Shown here: one piece after another, positions 1 to 9,716 of the stretch
How positions within the stretch are numbered: position 1 is the stretch's first letter
Layout: every line of letters starts with the position of its first letter
DNA from: a virus
Taxonomy: Duplodnaviria > Caudoviricetes
IMG/VR virus record: IMGVR_UViG_3300032332_001535
Coordinates: 1-40,448 of that record
Length of the DNA stretch: 40,448 nt
Strand: one strand, 5' to 3'
Position numbers and translations under genes: made by a program
Notes under the pieces: model-generated
Told to the model about the DNA's origin: nothing
The model's input: only the letters and a program-made list of their open reading frames with translations
The model's database searches: none

Positions 1-261
1 TGGGTGTACAATGATGATGGCACTAAGAGTAAAGAAACCATTAGTATTTCATTATGGGATTTAGACCACGGATTAGAAACACTTTCTGCTCGTAAGCGTG
101 AAGCTGTTTACTACAACGTCATTCTAGACAAAAAGCAAAAAGATGTTGCTGACATTATGGGCATTACAACAGTTTCAGTTGGTCAGTATGTAGAACAGGC
201 CATGATGCAATTAGCAGAAGAATACTTTGCAGAAGAAAGAGTTGAAAATGGCGTGGCATAG
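1..261 (+). CDS. Sigma-70 region 4-like HTH protein (phage sigma-factor-like), probably 5'-truncated by the window edge
   Basis: LETLSARKREAVYYNVILDKKQKDVADIMGITTVSVGQYVEQAMMQL matches the Sigma70_r4 pattern L..L..r.R.......++.A..+G+....V......A...L. The frame is open to position 1. Confidence 0.7.
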   Translation, partial: WVYNDDGTKSKETISISLWDLDHGLETLSARKREAVYYNVILDKKQKDVADIMGITTVSVGQYVEQAMMQLAEEYFAEERVENGVA

Positions 262-724
262 TCGATGGAATAATTACGAAGAAGGTCTTGAATACGAAGA
301 CAATCGTAAGTACACCAATACCCAACTTAATCAATTAGCCGATGATTTTCTTAGAGAAGACGCTAAGAATGAAATCTGTCGTGAATGCGAAGAGCAGGGC
401 AAGGAGACAGGTAATTTTAATCCGACCTCTCAAAGCGTTGCAGACGAAGAAGGCAATGAACTAATCATTGACTTTCCTGAGTTTGAATGCAAGAATGGTC
501 ACAAGTGGTATCAGGGCGAAGGCAAGGTCAAGGGAATTAAGGGCGATGCTCCAATCCTTTTTGAAGAACATCTCCACCAGCGTCGTCGTAGAGAAATTTA
601 CACTACTATTGGAACGCCAGATCCTTCTATTGTCGCAGGAATTTACAATAGGACTCACCCAGATGGTCGTAAGGTCAACAGTCCTGAACAGCGTAAATCT
701 AATGGGGCCTCATACTATCGCTAG
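248..724 (+). CDS. Hypothetical protein with a Zn-ribbon-like motif
   Basis: Likely ATG at 248 overlaps the upstream gene end. CRECEE...ECKNGHKW gives CxxC and CxxxH. Confidence 0.6.
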   Translation: MAWHSRWNNYEEGLEYEDNRKYTNTQLNQLADDFLREDAKNEICRECEEQGKETGNFNPTSQSVADEEGNELIIDFPEFECKNGHKWYQGEGKVKGIKGDAPILFEEHLHQRRRREIYTTIGTPDPSIVAGIYNRTHPDGRKVNSPEQRKSNGASYYR

Positions 725-791
725 TGTTACACTGTATTAGATTAAATAACGCAATGTAATATGTGTTAAACTATCTAATGCAAGGAAAATT

Positions 792-1544
792 ATGGCATAC
801 TCATTAAAAAACCAAGAACGAATTAAAGAGATTAAGAAAACTGGGCCTAAGCCTAGGCCGGTTGCTGATCGTCTGTGGGAAAAAATTGATAAGCGAGGCG
901 AAGATGAATGCTGGCCTTGGAAAGGCGCTAATGGCAATGGTACTAGGTCGCCCACTTTGAGTACTAATGGTGTTCAAACTGTTGCCTATCGCCTTGTTTT
1001 TATGGATCAATATCCCGATTATGATTTAAAAAAAGAAGAATGGATTCTTCATACTTGCAATGATCATAATTGCATGAACCCAAAGCATCTTTATGTTGGC
1101 GATAGAGTAGATTGGGCCAATAAATGGCATGGCATTGAATACGACGCCAATCACGATGAAATTTTAAAACAACGCATGAGAAAAAGAGTAAAAGATCTAT
1201 ATCATAGTAACGAAAAATATAGAGAAAATACTAAAACTTACGTTAAAGAATATCAAATGAAAAACAAAATTCGCGCAATTAACTATCTTGGCGGAGCTTG
1301 CAAGTGCGGAGAGGATCATCCATCTGCGCTTCAGTTTCATCACAGGGATCCAAGCGCTAAATCATTTGCCGTTACAACAAAAGAACTTTCGTCTCCAAAG
1401 AAAATGCCTTGGGATACAGTAATTGTTCCAGAGCTTGATAAATGCGACCTGTTATGTTCAAATTGTCATTTCAAACACCATGCTATGCTTTCAAACGAGC
1501 GTATAAATGAACTCAAGATTGAAATAACTAATGCCTCAATTTAA
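792..1544 (+). CDS. HNH homing-type endonuclease with two HNH-like domains
   Basis: SD AAGGA upstream. Domain 1: ECWPWKGA...ILHTCNDHNCMNPKHL. Domain 2: GGACKCG...ALQFHHRDP...KCDLLCSNCHFKHH. Confidence 0.85.
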   Translation: MAYSLKNQERIKEIKKTGPKPRPVADRLWEKIDKRGEDECWPWKGANGNGTRSPTLSTNGVQTVAYRLVFMDQYPDYDLKKEEWILHTCNDHNCMNPKHLYVGDRVDWANKWHGIEYDANHDEILKQRMRKRVKDLYHSNEKYRENTKTYVKEYQMKNKIRAINYLGGACKCGEDHPSALQFHHRDPSAKSFAVTTKELSSPKKMPWDTVIVPELDKCDLLCSNCHFKHHAMLSNERINELKIEITNASI

Positions 1545-2124
1545 TAAACCACAATTTGATAACAACAAGCCTGAAAAGGTTGTAGTTAAGACCCCTGTGC
1601 ATCACAGAGACCCTAGATGTAATGTTTGCTCTAGTGATTTCTCTAAAGCCATTGATCGAATGATTGCGCTTGGCACTAGTTATTCTGAGATTAGTAGAAT
1701 TTTTGATATTAATCGTCAGTCTATTGGTCGTCATGCTAAGAACCATTTGAATTATGAAGAGGCCGCCATTCGCCAGATTATTGCTGCCGAAGCAGAAGAA
1801 GCTCAGGCTAATGTTGAAGAAGGCATTAATGGAGCTATTGCTAGGCGAGTATATATTGATGTAGCTATTCAGAAAGGCTTTGAAGCTCTTCTCAATGGCG
1901 ATGTTCCAGTTGAAGTTAAGGATGTTGCTACACTGATCCAGCTTAAGGAAAAGATGGACTCTGGCACAGAAGGCGCAGCCCTTGATGAGATTAGAACTCA
2001 GTTCAATGCTTTTATGCAGGCTATTAGAGAAGTTGCCCCTCCAGAGATGTGGGAAAAGATTCTTGGTCGAACCAAAGAACTGTTGCAAACTCCGGGTTTG
2101 CCCGCTGCTAAAAAAGAGCAATGA
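1531..2124 (+). CDS. HTH DNA-binding protein with a Cys/His Zn motif (possible small-terminase-like or regulator)
   Basis: RCNVC...IDRMIALGTSYSEISRIFDINRQSIGRHAKNH gives CxxC, an HTH and HxxxH, followed by a helical C-terminus. Confidence 0.55.
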   Translation: MPQFNKPQFDNNKPEKVVVKTPVHHRDPRCNVCSSDFSKAIDRMIALGTSYSEISRIFDINRQSIGRHAKNHLNYEEAAIRQIIAAEAEEAQANVEEGINGAIARRVYIDVAIQKGFEALLNGDVPVEVKDVATLIQLKEKMDSGTEGAALDEIRTQFNAFMQAIREVAPPEMWEKILGRTKELLQTPGLPAAKKEQ

Positions 2125-4016
2125 AACTACTTACATCCGAATTACTATTTGAACTTGATGAGAAGGGCGAGGATCACAGAAGCAATTTTGTAATCCTTGA
2201 CCCTCATCCTGACTTTGTAGATCAATGGCTTGTTAATGCTTTTGATGAATCCTTCTTTTATGAAGTCGATGAATACATTGGCAGGTACAGGTCTGTATCA
2301 ACAGCACGAATTGATGGGTTTCTTGCTCTTTGCAAAGATCTAAACAAAGAAGTGGTTTGGACACAAGATCCAACGCCCAACATTGATCAATATCTATCAT
2401 TAGATAATGTACCCGAAGTTAAAATTGAATCGCCATTTGATAATACAATTAATGGCTTTCTTCCTTTTCAGGTTCAAGGATTCAACTTTCTTAAAAATCT
2501 TAAGGGCGGAGTAGTTGAGTGGTCTACTGGAACAGGCAAGACTGTTATTGCCTCAGCATTGCTCAAATATCACTACGATCAAGACAATTTTGACTTAGCA
2601 CTGTTTGTGGTAAAGAGCCACAACACTATTAACACCCAGAGAAGCCTAGAGAGGCTTGTAGGAATTGATTCAACCGTCATTCGGGGCAATAGAGCTAAAA
2701 GGGAAAAACTTTATTCAGAAGTCTCTTCTGACAAAGCCGTACTCATTCTCAACTATGAGAAGTTTAGAGTAGACACAGAAGAACTGAAGAACATAATCGG
2801 AGGCAAGCGCGTCTTTATCATTTGGGATGAGATGCCAACTAAACTAAAAACCAGATCATCTCAAAATTATAAAGGTGTAGTTGAGTGTCTTTATACGACA
2901 CCACCCCCGCAAGTATCGAAAGATAAAGAGCGGGCTGAGCTACGGCAATATATGCTGTCAGCAACACCAATTGAAAACAATCCAGAGGATTTTTTCAACT
3001 GCATTAGGATCATTGACCCGAACGTTTACGGAACCGTCAAAGAGTTTCGTAATGAATACGTCGCAAGGTATGATTATTTTGATCGTAATAAACCAGCGGC
3101 ATGGCATAACCTAGACAAGATGGGACTTAAGGCTTCTCATATTGTTCATCAGGTAGATAAACACGATCAAGATATTGCAAAGATGTTTCCTAATGTTATA
3201 TCTGAGCCATACTTTATTGATTGGAATGACAAACAGCGCAGTCTTTATGATTTAGTGCGCAAAGAAGCTCGCAAGGTTGATCCAGACGATGTAAACATCC
3301 TTGCAATTATTACAATACTTCAGATGATCTGCAATATGCCATCAATGGTTCTTAATTCTGCCGCTGCATTTGAAGCATTTGAGGCAGCGGTGCAAGAGGC
3401 ATTTGATTTGGGCGCTAGTGCGCCTGACAAGTCGGGATCAGAAGTTGCAGCCAAGTTAATGGATGCCATTCAACCTGAAAAATTTACCAATGACGGTCAT
3501 GCCAAGCTAGAGGTACTTAAATCTCTCATTACAGAAGCGCATCCTGACGAAAAGATAACTGTGTTCTCTGCATTCAATAATGGATTAATGCCAGACCTGC
3601 GCAAGTACTTTGACGAGTGGGGCGTATCTCATGTTTACTATGGCGGCACAGCAAAGCAAAGGCAGGATGCAGAGGACGCATTTAAAACCGATCCAAATAT
3701 TCAAGTGTTCTTGTCTTCAGATGCAGGATCGGACTCAATTAACCTTGAGGTTGGCTCTGTATGCATTCATTATGACCTGCCATGGAAATGGTCTACATAC
3801 ACTCAGCGCGAAAACCGGATTCACCGAGTTACATCTAACTTTAAAACCGTCAGGTTTTACACACTACTGATGGCAAATTCAGTAGAGGACAGAAAACTTA
3901 AAGTTGTCCTTGACAAAATGGGATATCATGATGCCATCTTTAAGGGAGCTATTGCCGATCAAGCAATTAGTCAAAGGATGAGCAAAAAAGATTTTATGTA
4001 TATTCTTGAAGGTTAA
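2121..4016 (+). CDS. SNF2-family (SF2) DNA helicase/translocase
   Basis: Q-motif LLPFQ-like (FLPFQ), Walker A STGTGKT, Walker B IIWDEMP, motif III SATPIEN, motif V DAGSDSINL, motif VI QRENRIHR. ATGA overlap with the upstream gene. Confidence 0.92.
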   Translation: MKLLTSELLFELDEKGEDHRSNFVILDPHPDFVDQWLVNAFDESFFYEVDEYIGRYRSVSTARIDGFLALCKDLNKEVVWTQDPTPNIDQYLSLDNVPEVKIESPFDNTINGFLPFQVQGFNFLKNLKGGVVEWSTGTGKTVIASALLKYHYDQDNFDLALFVVKSHNTINTQRSLERLVGIDSTVIRGNRAKREKLYSEVSSDKAVLILNYEKFRVDTEELKNIIGGKRVFIIWDEMPTKLKTRSSQNYKGVVECLYTTPPPQVSKDKERAELRQYMLSATPIENNPEDFFNCIRIIDPNVYGTVKEFRNEYVARYDYFDRNKPAAWHNLDKMGLKASHIVHQVDKHDQDIAKMFPNVISEPYFIDWNDKQRSLYDLVRKEARKVDPDDVNILAIITILQMICNMPSMVLNSAAAFEAFEAAVQEAFDLGASAPDKSGSEVAAKLMDAIQPEKFTNDGHAKLEVLKSLITEAHPDEKITVFSAFNNGLMPDLRKYFDEWGVSHVYYGGTAKQRQDAEDAFKTDPNIQVFLSSDAGSDSINLEVGSVCIHYDLPWKWSTYTQRENRIHRVTSNFKTVRFYTLLMANSVEDRKLKVVLDKMGYHDAIFKGAIADQAISQRMSKKDFMYILEG

Positions 4017-4444
4017 GGTTGATACAAGTAGATAGTTTTGTACGCCCGTACATGACGCTGATACTGATCAATTGCAGTCAAAGTAGCAGTAAGGCAATTG
4101 CTTCCACTTACTACCGAAACAAGGCCGGGATCATAAATATGATAAACAGATCCATCATCGGGCGAAACCAAAGGACTTGTTATAAGAGATGAATATCCGT
4201 CTCCAAAACTCCATTTATGCTGAATAATTTTATTGTTTGATGGTAAATTAGCAAAATTTGGAGTAAATTTGATTGATACGCCTACGGGTACTTTATAAGC
4301 GCCACTAAACGTTTGATTGCTGTCCGATCCCGTGCGATTACTCCATGTCAAAGTATAATTAGATAATGTTGACCCATCTCTTTTGGCAACAGAAAAACCA
4401 ATTGATGGAGAATAAATATCAATTGTATTAATTATTGAACTCAT
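4013..4444 (-). CDS. PKD/Ig-like domain virion accessory protein
   Basis: HKWSFGDG...VYHIY...TATLTAIDQ is a PKD-type signature. It is the last gene of the tail operon and converges on the helicase with overlapping stops (TTAA 4013-4016). Confidence 0.6.
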   Translation of the reverse strand: MSSIINTIDIYSPSIGFSVAKRDGSTLSNYTLTWSNRTGSDSNQTFSGAYKVPVGVSIKFTPNFANLPSNNKIIQHKWSFGDGYSSLITSPLVSPDDGSVYHIYDPGLVSVVSGSNCLTATLTAIDQYQRHVRAYKTIYLYQP

Positions 4445-7218
4445 GACACGCTATCTTTCCAAATAAAATTACCGGGCGTTGCGTATTTAGGTTGAACGTC
4501 AAAAAGGTGAATTGTAACAAATTGATTTAATGCCTGAGCGCGAACTTGTAATTCAGTATCAGATTTTGCAAACATCATGCCGTCATTGCTATTCATTGTG
4601 TCTGTGAATTGATTAACTGGTATTAAATTAACAAAGCGGTTATTAACCCAGTCTCGATCTCCAATTTCCCAACCGCCATCTATAAATGCGCGACCCTGCC
4701 AGTTAATAGCTCGCTGTTTAACAGAAACTTTTTTAATACTCCAAGCACTACTATTGTTGTAACCATCTTCAACAATGACTAGACTGTAATTACCCGGTAA
4801 AATTGAATCGTTGTAAGCGGTTAATTTAATTGATTGCCATTGACCCAATGTAAAAGAGGGCACATTTAATTCAAATAATTTATTGCGATTGTTATCATAT
4901 AAAAATGCAGCAATTTGATTATATGTAGATGAAAAATTAAGATCAAAGGTTATATAAATATCTTCAAAATTTTCAATTTTAAATTTATTAGTTTCTATGC
5001 CTTGCCAAGCACTCGTATTAGCGTCACTAATGGTGTAAATTTTAACTGGTTTTTTGTTAAAAGTATCTGTATTGTCAACTTTTGCTGAAAGTGCGCCAGT
5101 ATTTGTTGTCCATTGATTTGATTTAAGATCTTCTGTAATTAATTCTTTCTCATCAGTTTGATTAGAAAAAATTTGAGCGCCTTTAACAGGTGTTATACTA
5201 TTCATAACGCTAGATTTATATTCACCATAAATCATACGATTTGATCGTATGCTTTGAATTTGAGTTTGACCATCTTTTAGGTCTGCCGACCATCCAAATA
5301 ATCCACGATTACTATGAAAAAATGTACTTTCAATAGTATTAGTAGTGTAAATTAATTTTAATGCATTATTTTTTAATTCAAATAATTTGCACTCTATTGT
5401 ATTATCAATTACAGTTGCTTTAAAAACAAGAATTTTATTGCCTTGCCAATAAGACAATTGATTGGTAATGTTAAATGTAAATATAGATGTTAATTCGTCC
5501 GTTATATTAATTTTAAATTTTAAATTACTGCTGTCTTTGTACCATTGAAGATGAGTTGCCAAATAAGAAATGTTTTTTGTAGTAATTTTTTGAATTTGAG
5601 ATTGAAGTTGACCATTTGCACTTGCAACGCTATTTGGATTTCTTTGATAAATTTCGCTAGAAGCTGGTGTGCATTTACCAGTTAAAAATGAAGCGGCAAA
5701 TGTTCCCGGAATAGCACTCAAATCAACTTGAGTTTCTCCACTTGAGTTTTCTAAATTGCTTGCGTTTATTTGATATTTTCCCGATAATGGAGATGGCAAC
5801 GTCAAGTTTGCTTTGTTCCCCGGAATTTTACTTAAGTCACCTTGAGTTATTTGAATATCATTTGGAACCACATCATGAACATTAGATAAATAATTTAAAT
5901 CTCTTTGTAAGAGAGTGTTTAATTCTAATTGAGTTACTGGTCTATCGCTATTTCTAAAATAAAAAGAAAATACATTTGGTTCAACGTTGGTTGAATTATT
6001 ACCAGTAGACGCCCCAGTGTTAATAATTGCGTAAACAGATCCATTTAAAATTTTAGGATCATTATCTGATGTATCACCCTGATCATCAAAGGTTTTATAC
6101 AGCAGTGGCCACCTTGATGGTAAATTACTACCGATTATGTTAATTGGATAATTAAAATTATAATAAATAACGCTTTCACCTACAGCGTGATCTTTTAAAG
6201 TTCCCAAAGATCCATCTGACGCAATTGTATAATTGCTATTATATAAACCGCGAGTAATTCCGGTCAATGTATTAGAAGCATTGTTGGTGTAACTAATGTA
6301 TTCAGTATTACTTACTAATATTATTCCACTGGTAGGAAAATTAGAAGTGTCTGCAAGAGTAATTGAAGTGTCTGCAAGAGTAATTGCACTTCCTAATGTG
6401 CTAGAGATAAGCGCTCCATTGGGCGGGACAGTTTTAACTACAACTTTTTCAAGTGTGTTAATATCAAGTGGGGCGTATTTCCAATCTGATGAAACGCAAC
6501 GCACTCCCGCACAAGAAAAGGTGCCAGTGCCGCTTGACAATTTAATTGTAAATTTCACACCTGTTATTAAACCTTTATTTGTATTAGTTAAATTTAATAC
6601 ATTAGTTAATAAACTTAAAGGTATTCTAAATTCAACATTGTTATTAGGAGGGTCGTTAGTATAAGTTGTTCCTACTGCATTAAAAGCAATTGTATTCGTT
6701 TGATTTACATCAAATCCACTAGCGGTAGCATCAGTGGTTAATGATATAGAAGAGTTAGTTTTGTCAATAGTACTGGGAACATTTGGCAAAGAAACAAGAA
6801 TATAATCGGTTGGTTGATACGCATTAATATCAATTGGATCATTTTTAGAATAAACACTTTTAGATGTGTCGCTACAACTAAACTGTAATTGCCTCCAGTT
6901 TCCTGTAGTAGAAATTGTGTCTGGATTTGAGATGCTCCAAGTTTCTCCGGCCTTAACCAAAATTTGAGCATTAATATTATCCATAGACACGGTTGCCAAT
7001 TGCGTCATTGTTTTAGATGACAAATCAACAATGTATGGATTTTTATAAACGGCTGAATAAAAAGATTTTAAATCAGTATGTTTTTGACTAAGCAGGTTAA
7101 GTCTTTGATAATCATCATACGTGCCATAATTTGACCACCGACCCAATGAATCATCAAAATAATCAGAGATAATTTCTTGTTGATTTGCTTTAGCAGCATC
7201 GTATGTAATGTAACTCAT
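4441..7218 (-). CDS. Large minor tail/baseplate protein with lectin-like beta-sandwich domains
   Basis: About 925 aa, Asn/Thr/Ser-rich and beta-rich. The start at 7218 makes an ATGA overlap with the upstream stop. It lies in the baseplate cluster. Confidence 0.65.
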   Translation of the reverse strand: MSYITYDAAKANQQEIISDYFDDSLGRWSNYGTYDDYQRLNLLSQKHTDLKSFYSAVYKNPYIVDLSSKTMTQLATVSMDNINAQILVKAGETWSISNPDTISTTGNWRQLQFSCSDTSKSVYSKNDPIDINAYQPTDYILVSLPNVPSTIDKTNSSISLTTDATASGFDVNQTNTIAFNAVGTTYTNDPPNNNVEFRIPLSLLTNVLNLTNTNKGLITGVKFTIKLSSGTGTFSCAGVRCVSSDWKYAPLDINTLEKVVVKTVPPNGALISSTLGSAITLADTSITLADTSNFPTSGIILVSNTEYISYTNNASNTLTGITRGLYNSNYTIASDGSLGTLKDHAVGESVIYYNFNYPINIIGSNLPSRWPLLYKTFDDQGDTSDNDPKILNGSVYAIINTGASTGNNSTNVEPNVFSFYFRNSDRPVTQLELNTLLQRDLNYLSNVHDVVPNDIQITQGDLSKIPGNKANLTLPSPLSGKYQINASNLENSSGETQVDLSAIPGTFAASFLTGKCTPASSEIYQRNPNSVASANGQLQSQIQKITTKNISYLATHLQWYKDSSNLKFKINITDELTSIFTFNITNQLSYWQGNKILVFKATVIDNTIECKLFELKNNALKLIYTTNTIESTFFHSNRGLFGWSADLKDGQTQIQSIRSNRMIYGEYKSSVMNSITPVKGAQIFSNQTDEKELITEDLKSNQWTTNTGALSAKVDNTDTFNKKPVKIYTISDANTSAWQGIETNKFKIENFEDIYITFDLNFSSTYNQIAAFLYDNNRNKLFELNVPSFTLGQWQSIKLTAYNDSILPGNYSLVIVEDGYNNSSAWSIKKVSVKQRAINWQGRAFIDGGWEIGDRDWVNNRFVNLIPVNQFTDTMNSNDGMMFAKSDTELQVRAQALNQFVTIHLFDVQPKYATPGNFIWKDSVS
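6344..6385. repeat. Perfect 21-bp tandem duplication (encodes ITLADTS twice)
   Basis: gaagtgtctgcaagagtaatt occurs at 6344-6364 and at 6365-6385. Confidence 0.95.
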
Positions 7219-9716
7219 GAAACGGACCACCCATCAGCAGACGAAGTAAAATCAGAATGGGCGTAATTTTTATTATCGCCCGGAACAAATTTATAAAGAT
7301 TCTGATCACTAATTATGGTGTGGTTATTGCGTTCAAATCTAATCTCTTTAATTTTAACAAAATAAGCTTTATTGTTTTCAAATTTGGCATAAGCCTCCAT
7401 GTAGGCGTGTCTACAAGTTGGATAAAAATACATTGTTGGCATACTTTTTTCTAAAAGCAAATGGTTGCGATCTGTATGAGAAACAGTTGTTGTATCTGCT
7501 CGCGCAGAAGAAAGGCGTTCAACTGAGTAATTAAAATACTCTTCAATTGATTTTAAGTTAGCTGCTTTGCCAACTACTCCATCTAATCTAGCATTGTAAC
7601 CCGGATGTTTTTGAAATTGATCAAAGGCGGCTTTAATGTTAGTCAAACTAGTTAAATCGTAATCTTGCAATTCGACAGTTGCATTTTTTAAAAGATTGGT
7701 AACGATGTTGTTTTGACTGTTAGTGTTCTCAATTACAACTGGGTTACTAGTACTATTTATAATGTCACCCTTGTAATAATTAAAAGCCAGATTTAACAAG
7801 TCGTATTTAAGATTTGTTTGACCGGCAATAAACGGATCTTCTGTTTTGTTATATTGCATATCATAAATTGATAAAAAGTAATTAACAACCCAACTAGGAT
7901 ATTTATAATAATAAATGGGTTTAGCATTTTTGCCGGGATTATAATACTCCGCCTGCAAAGAAGAAAATTCTATTTTGATGTACTTAGCAGTAATGGGGTT
8001 AGGTAAGATGTAACTTTGACGAGTGTTTGCTTTGAAAGTTTTAGGAACGTGATGCCACAAAAGATTATTCCAAGAATTAGTATCCGTTCCCGGACCATTA
8101 CCATCAGTTGAATAATAAACATTAAAATGAACGCCGGGAGAAGCCGAATTAAGATAAACGGCATCAACTACAGCAGAGTCGCCAGTAGCATCAGAAACGT
8201 CAAAATAAAGACTTTCCACTCCATACTTTGATGGATTGGGTTTAGAAGACCAGAAATTATTATCGCCAGCTAATAACCCTTCAACACTGTAATTAGAAAC
8301 AACGGACCTGAATTTATTAGATAAAAAGTCGGTGCCTTCGTTTGCTACTGCCGCAAGCACTCTTATCATTGCTGATGATGTGGCACCATTCACAAGCGCA
8401 GTGTTATCCGCCTTATAAGCGGTTGCGTTACTTGGCAATGCGCTAGGCGTATTATAATAAATTTTATTAATTCCTGCGCCTTCAATAACAATTTTAAATT
8501 TTTGCCCAACCCAATTATCAGATATTTCAACTGGTTTAAATTTGATATCTAGCCATTGATCACCTGTAGTTGAAGCAGTTGCCTCTCCCTCAACAACGCC
8601 AACCCAGCCAACCTCAGAATCATATCTTGCATCAACTGCAAGTGGTTCTTTATAATAAGCTTCGCCTTCATCAAAAGATATATTTGAATGAATAATCTCA
8701 GTTATTGTTCTTTTAGTGGTCGGTGCCCAAATTTCAAGTGGACCGTAGTCTGTAAAAGGACTTTTCTGATACTCTGTTTGATTTTTTAAATGCAAATACC
8801 CTTTAAAACCTTTTCGAATTCCTTTTTTACCTTTTTGACCATATACTATTCTTTGATACCCATCTTTAGTATATTGAGTAATGTCATACACATTTATAAT
8901 CATTTTATTTTTTTTAAAATGTACATTTTTAACTGTTGTTTCTTCATATAATTTATTCTCTGCTTTTAACTCTTTATCTGGCCATACTAACAAACTATTT
9001 TTTGGTATTTTAAATTTTTTGTCGTAAACAAAAGTTCCATGCCACCAAGTTGTACTAGATAAATCATCATAATTTATCAATTTCCATTTAACACTAGTGG
9101 CATTTTTGATTAATAAAGTTCCAATTTTGATATAAGGAACACCATCATTTTTTAAATACTTTGCGCTGCGAGGCGGCCTAGCAATTTTTGCAACGGTTGT
9201 AGATTGACTTCCCGAAGTCGTATTAGCAACCTTAAATGTGGTTGTAGAAGGAACGTCAGTAATAAGAAATGGGCCATTAAATCCTGTAGTTGTAAATCCA
9301 TCAATGTTTACATAATCTCCGACCTCTAGTTGATGCGCAGTAAGAGTGGTGTAAGTAACTTTTGTTGTACTATCACTACTTATCGCATAGGTGATATCAA
9401 TAGAGGTTAAGTATCTAGGGTTTAGAGAAGTATCGTATCTATAAATACGATACTTGACTTTGCTATTAGCCGTGGCATTAAGATAAACTTGTGCGCCGGT
9501 TAAATCAGGAGTTTTATCAACTCTGATATAATCATTTGGCAGATAAAATTCTTGCGTCAATGATGTAATGTTTGCAAAGGATGATTTCTTGTTTTGTTCT
9601 ACAACAATACCGCTAAGGTTTTTAGTTATATCATTAGCTGTTTCGGCAAGAGGACATACGGCAACATGCGCACCGCCCTTTATGTATAATTTTGAACTTC
9701 CCGTTTTGTCTGCCAT
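7215..9716 (-). CDS. Minor tail/baseplate protein (discoidin/F5-8C-like domain in the C-terminal half)
   Basis: 833 aa. FWSSKPNP...ESLYFDV...FNVYYS...ITAKYIKIEFS is a discoidin-like pattern. Synteny with the baseplate genes. Confidence 0.65.
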   Translation of the reverse strand: MADKTGSSKLYIKGGAHVAVCPLAETANDITKNLSGIVVEQNKKSSFANITSLTQEFYLPNDYIRVDKTPDLTGAQVYLNATANSKVKYRIYRYDTSLNPRYLTSIDITYAISSDSTTKVTYTTLTAHQLEVGDYVNIDGFTTTGFNGPFLITDVPSTTTFKVANTTSGSQSTTVAKIARPPRSAKYLKNDGVPYIKIGTLLIKNATSVKWKLINYDDLSSTTWWHGTFVYDKKFKIPKNSLLVWPDKELKAENKLYEETTVKNVHFKKNKMIINVYDITQYTKDGYQRIVYGQKGKKGIRKGFKGYLHLKNQTEYQKSPFTDYGPLEIWAPTTKRTITEIIHSNISFDEGEAYYKEPLAVDARYDSEVGWVGVVEGEATASTTGDQWLDIKFKPVEISDNWVGQKFKIVIEGAGINKIYYNTPSALPSNATAYKADNTALVNGATSSAMIRVLAAVANEGTDFLSNKFRSVVSNYSVEGLLAGDNNFWSSKPNPSKYGVESLYFDVSDATGDSAVVDAVYLNSASPGVHFNVYYSTDGNGPGTDTNSWNNLLWHHVPKTFKANTRQSYILPNPITAKYIKIEFSSLQAEYYNPGKNAKPIYYYKYPSWVVNYFLSIYDMQYNKTEDPFIAGQTNLKYDLLNLAFNYYKGDIINSTSNPVVIENTNSQNNIVTNLLKNATVELQDYDLTSLTNIKAAFDQFQKHPGYNARLDGVVGKAANLKSIEEYFNYSVERLSSARADTTTVSHTDRNHLLLEKSMPTMYFYPTCRHAYMEAYAKFENNKAYFVKIKEIRFERNNHTIISDQNLYKFVPGDNKNYAHSDFTSSADGWSVS

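Noticed and set aside
757-779. ACTATCTAA shared upstream of the HNH gene and of the 26928 membrane-protein gene
   Set aside because: Only two instances of a short AT-rich word, which could be chance. Not supportable without the rest of the genome.
1528-2121. 197-aa reverse-strand ORF and the many other short antisense ORFs in the track (for example 6296-6664, 28172-28627, 32719-33090, 36536-36877)
   Set aside because: They are shadow frames of well-supported genes, with no motifs or RBS.
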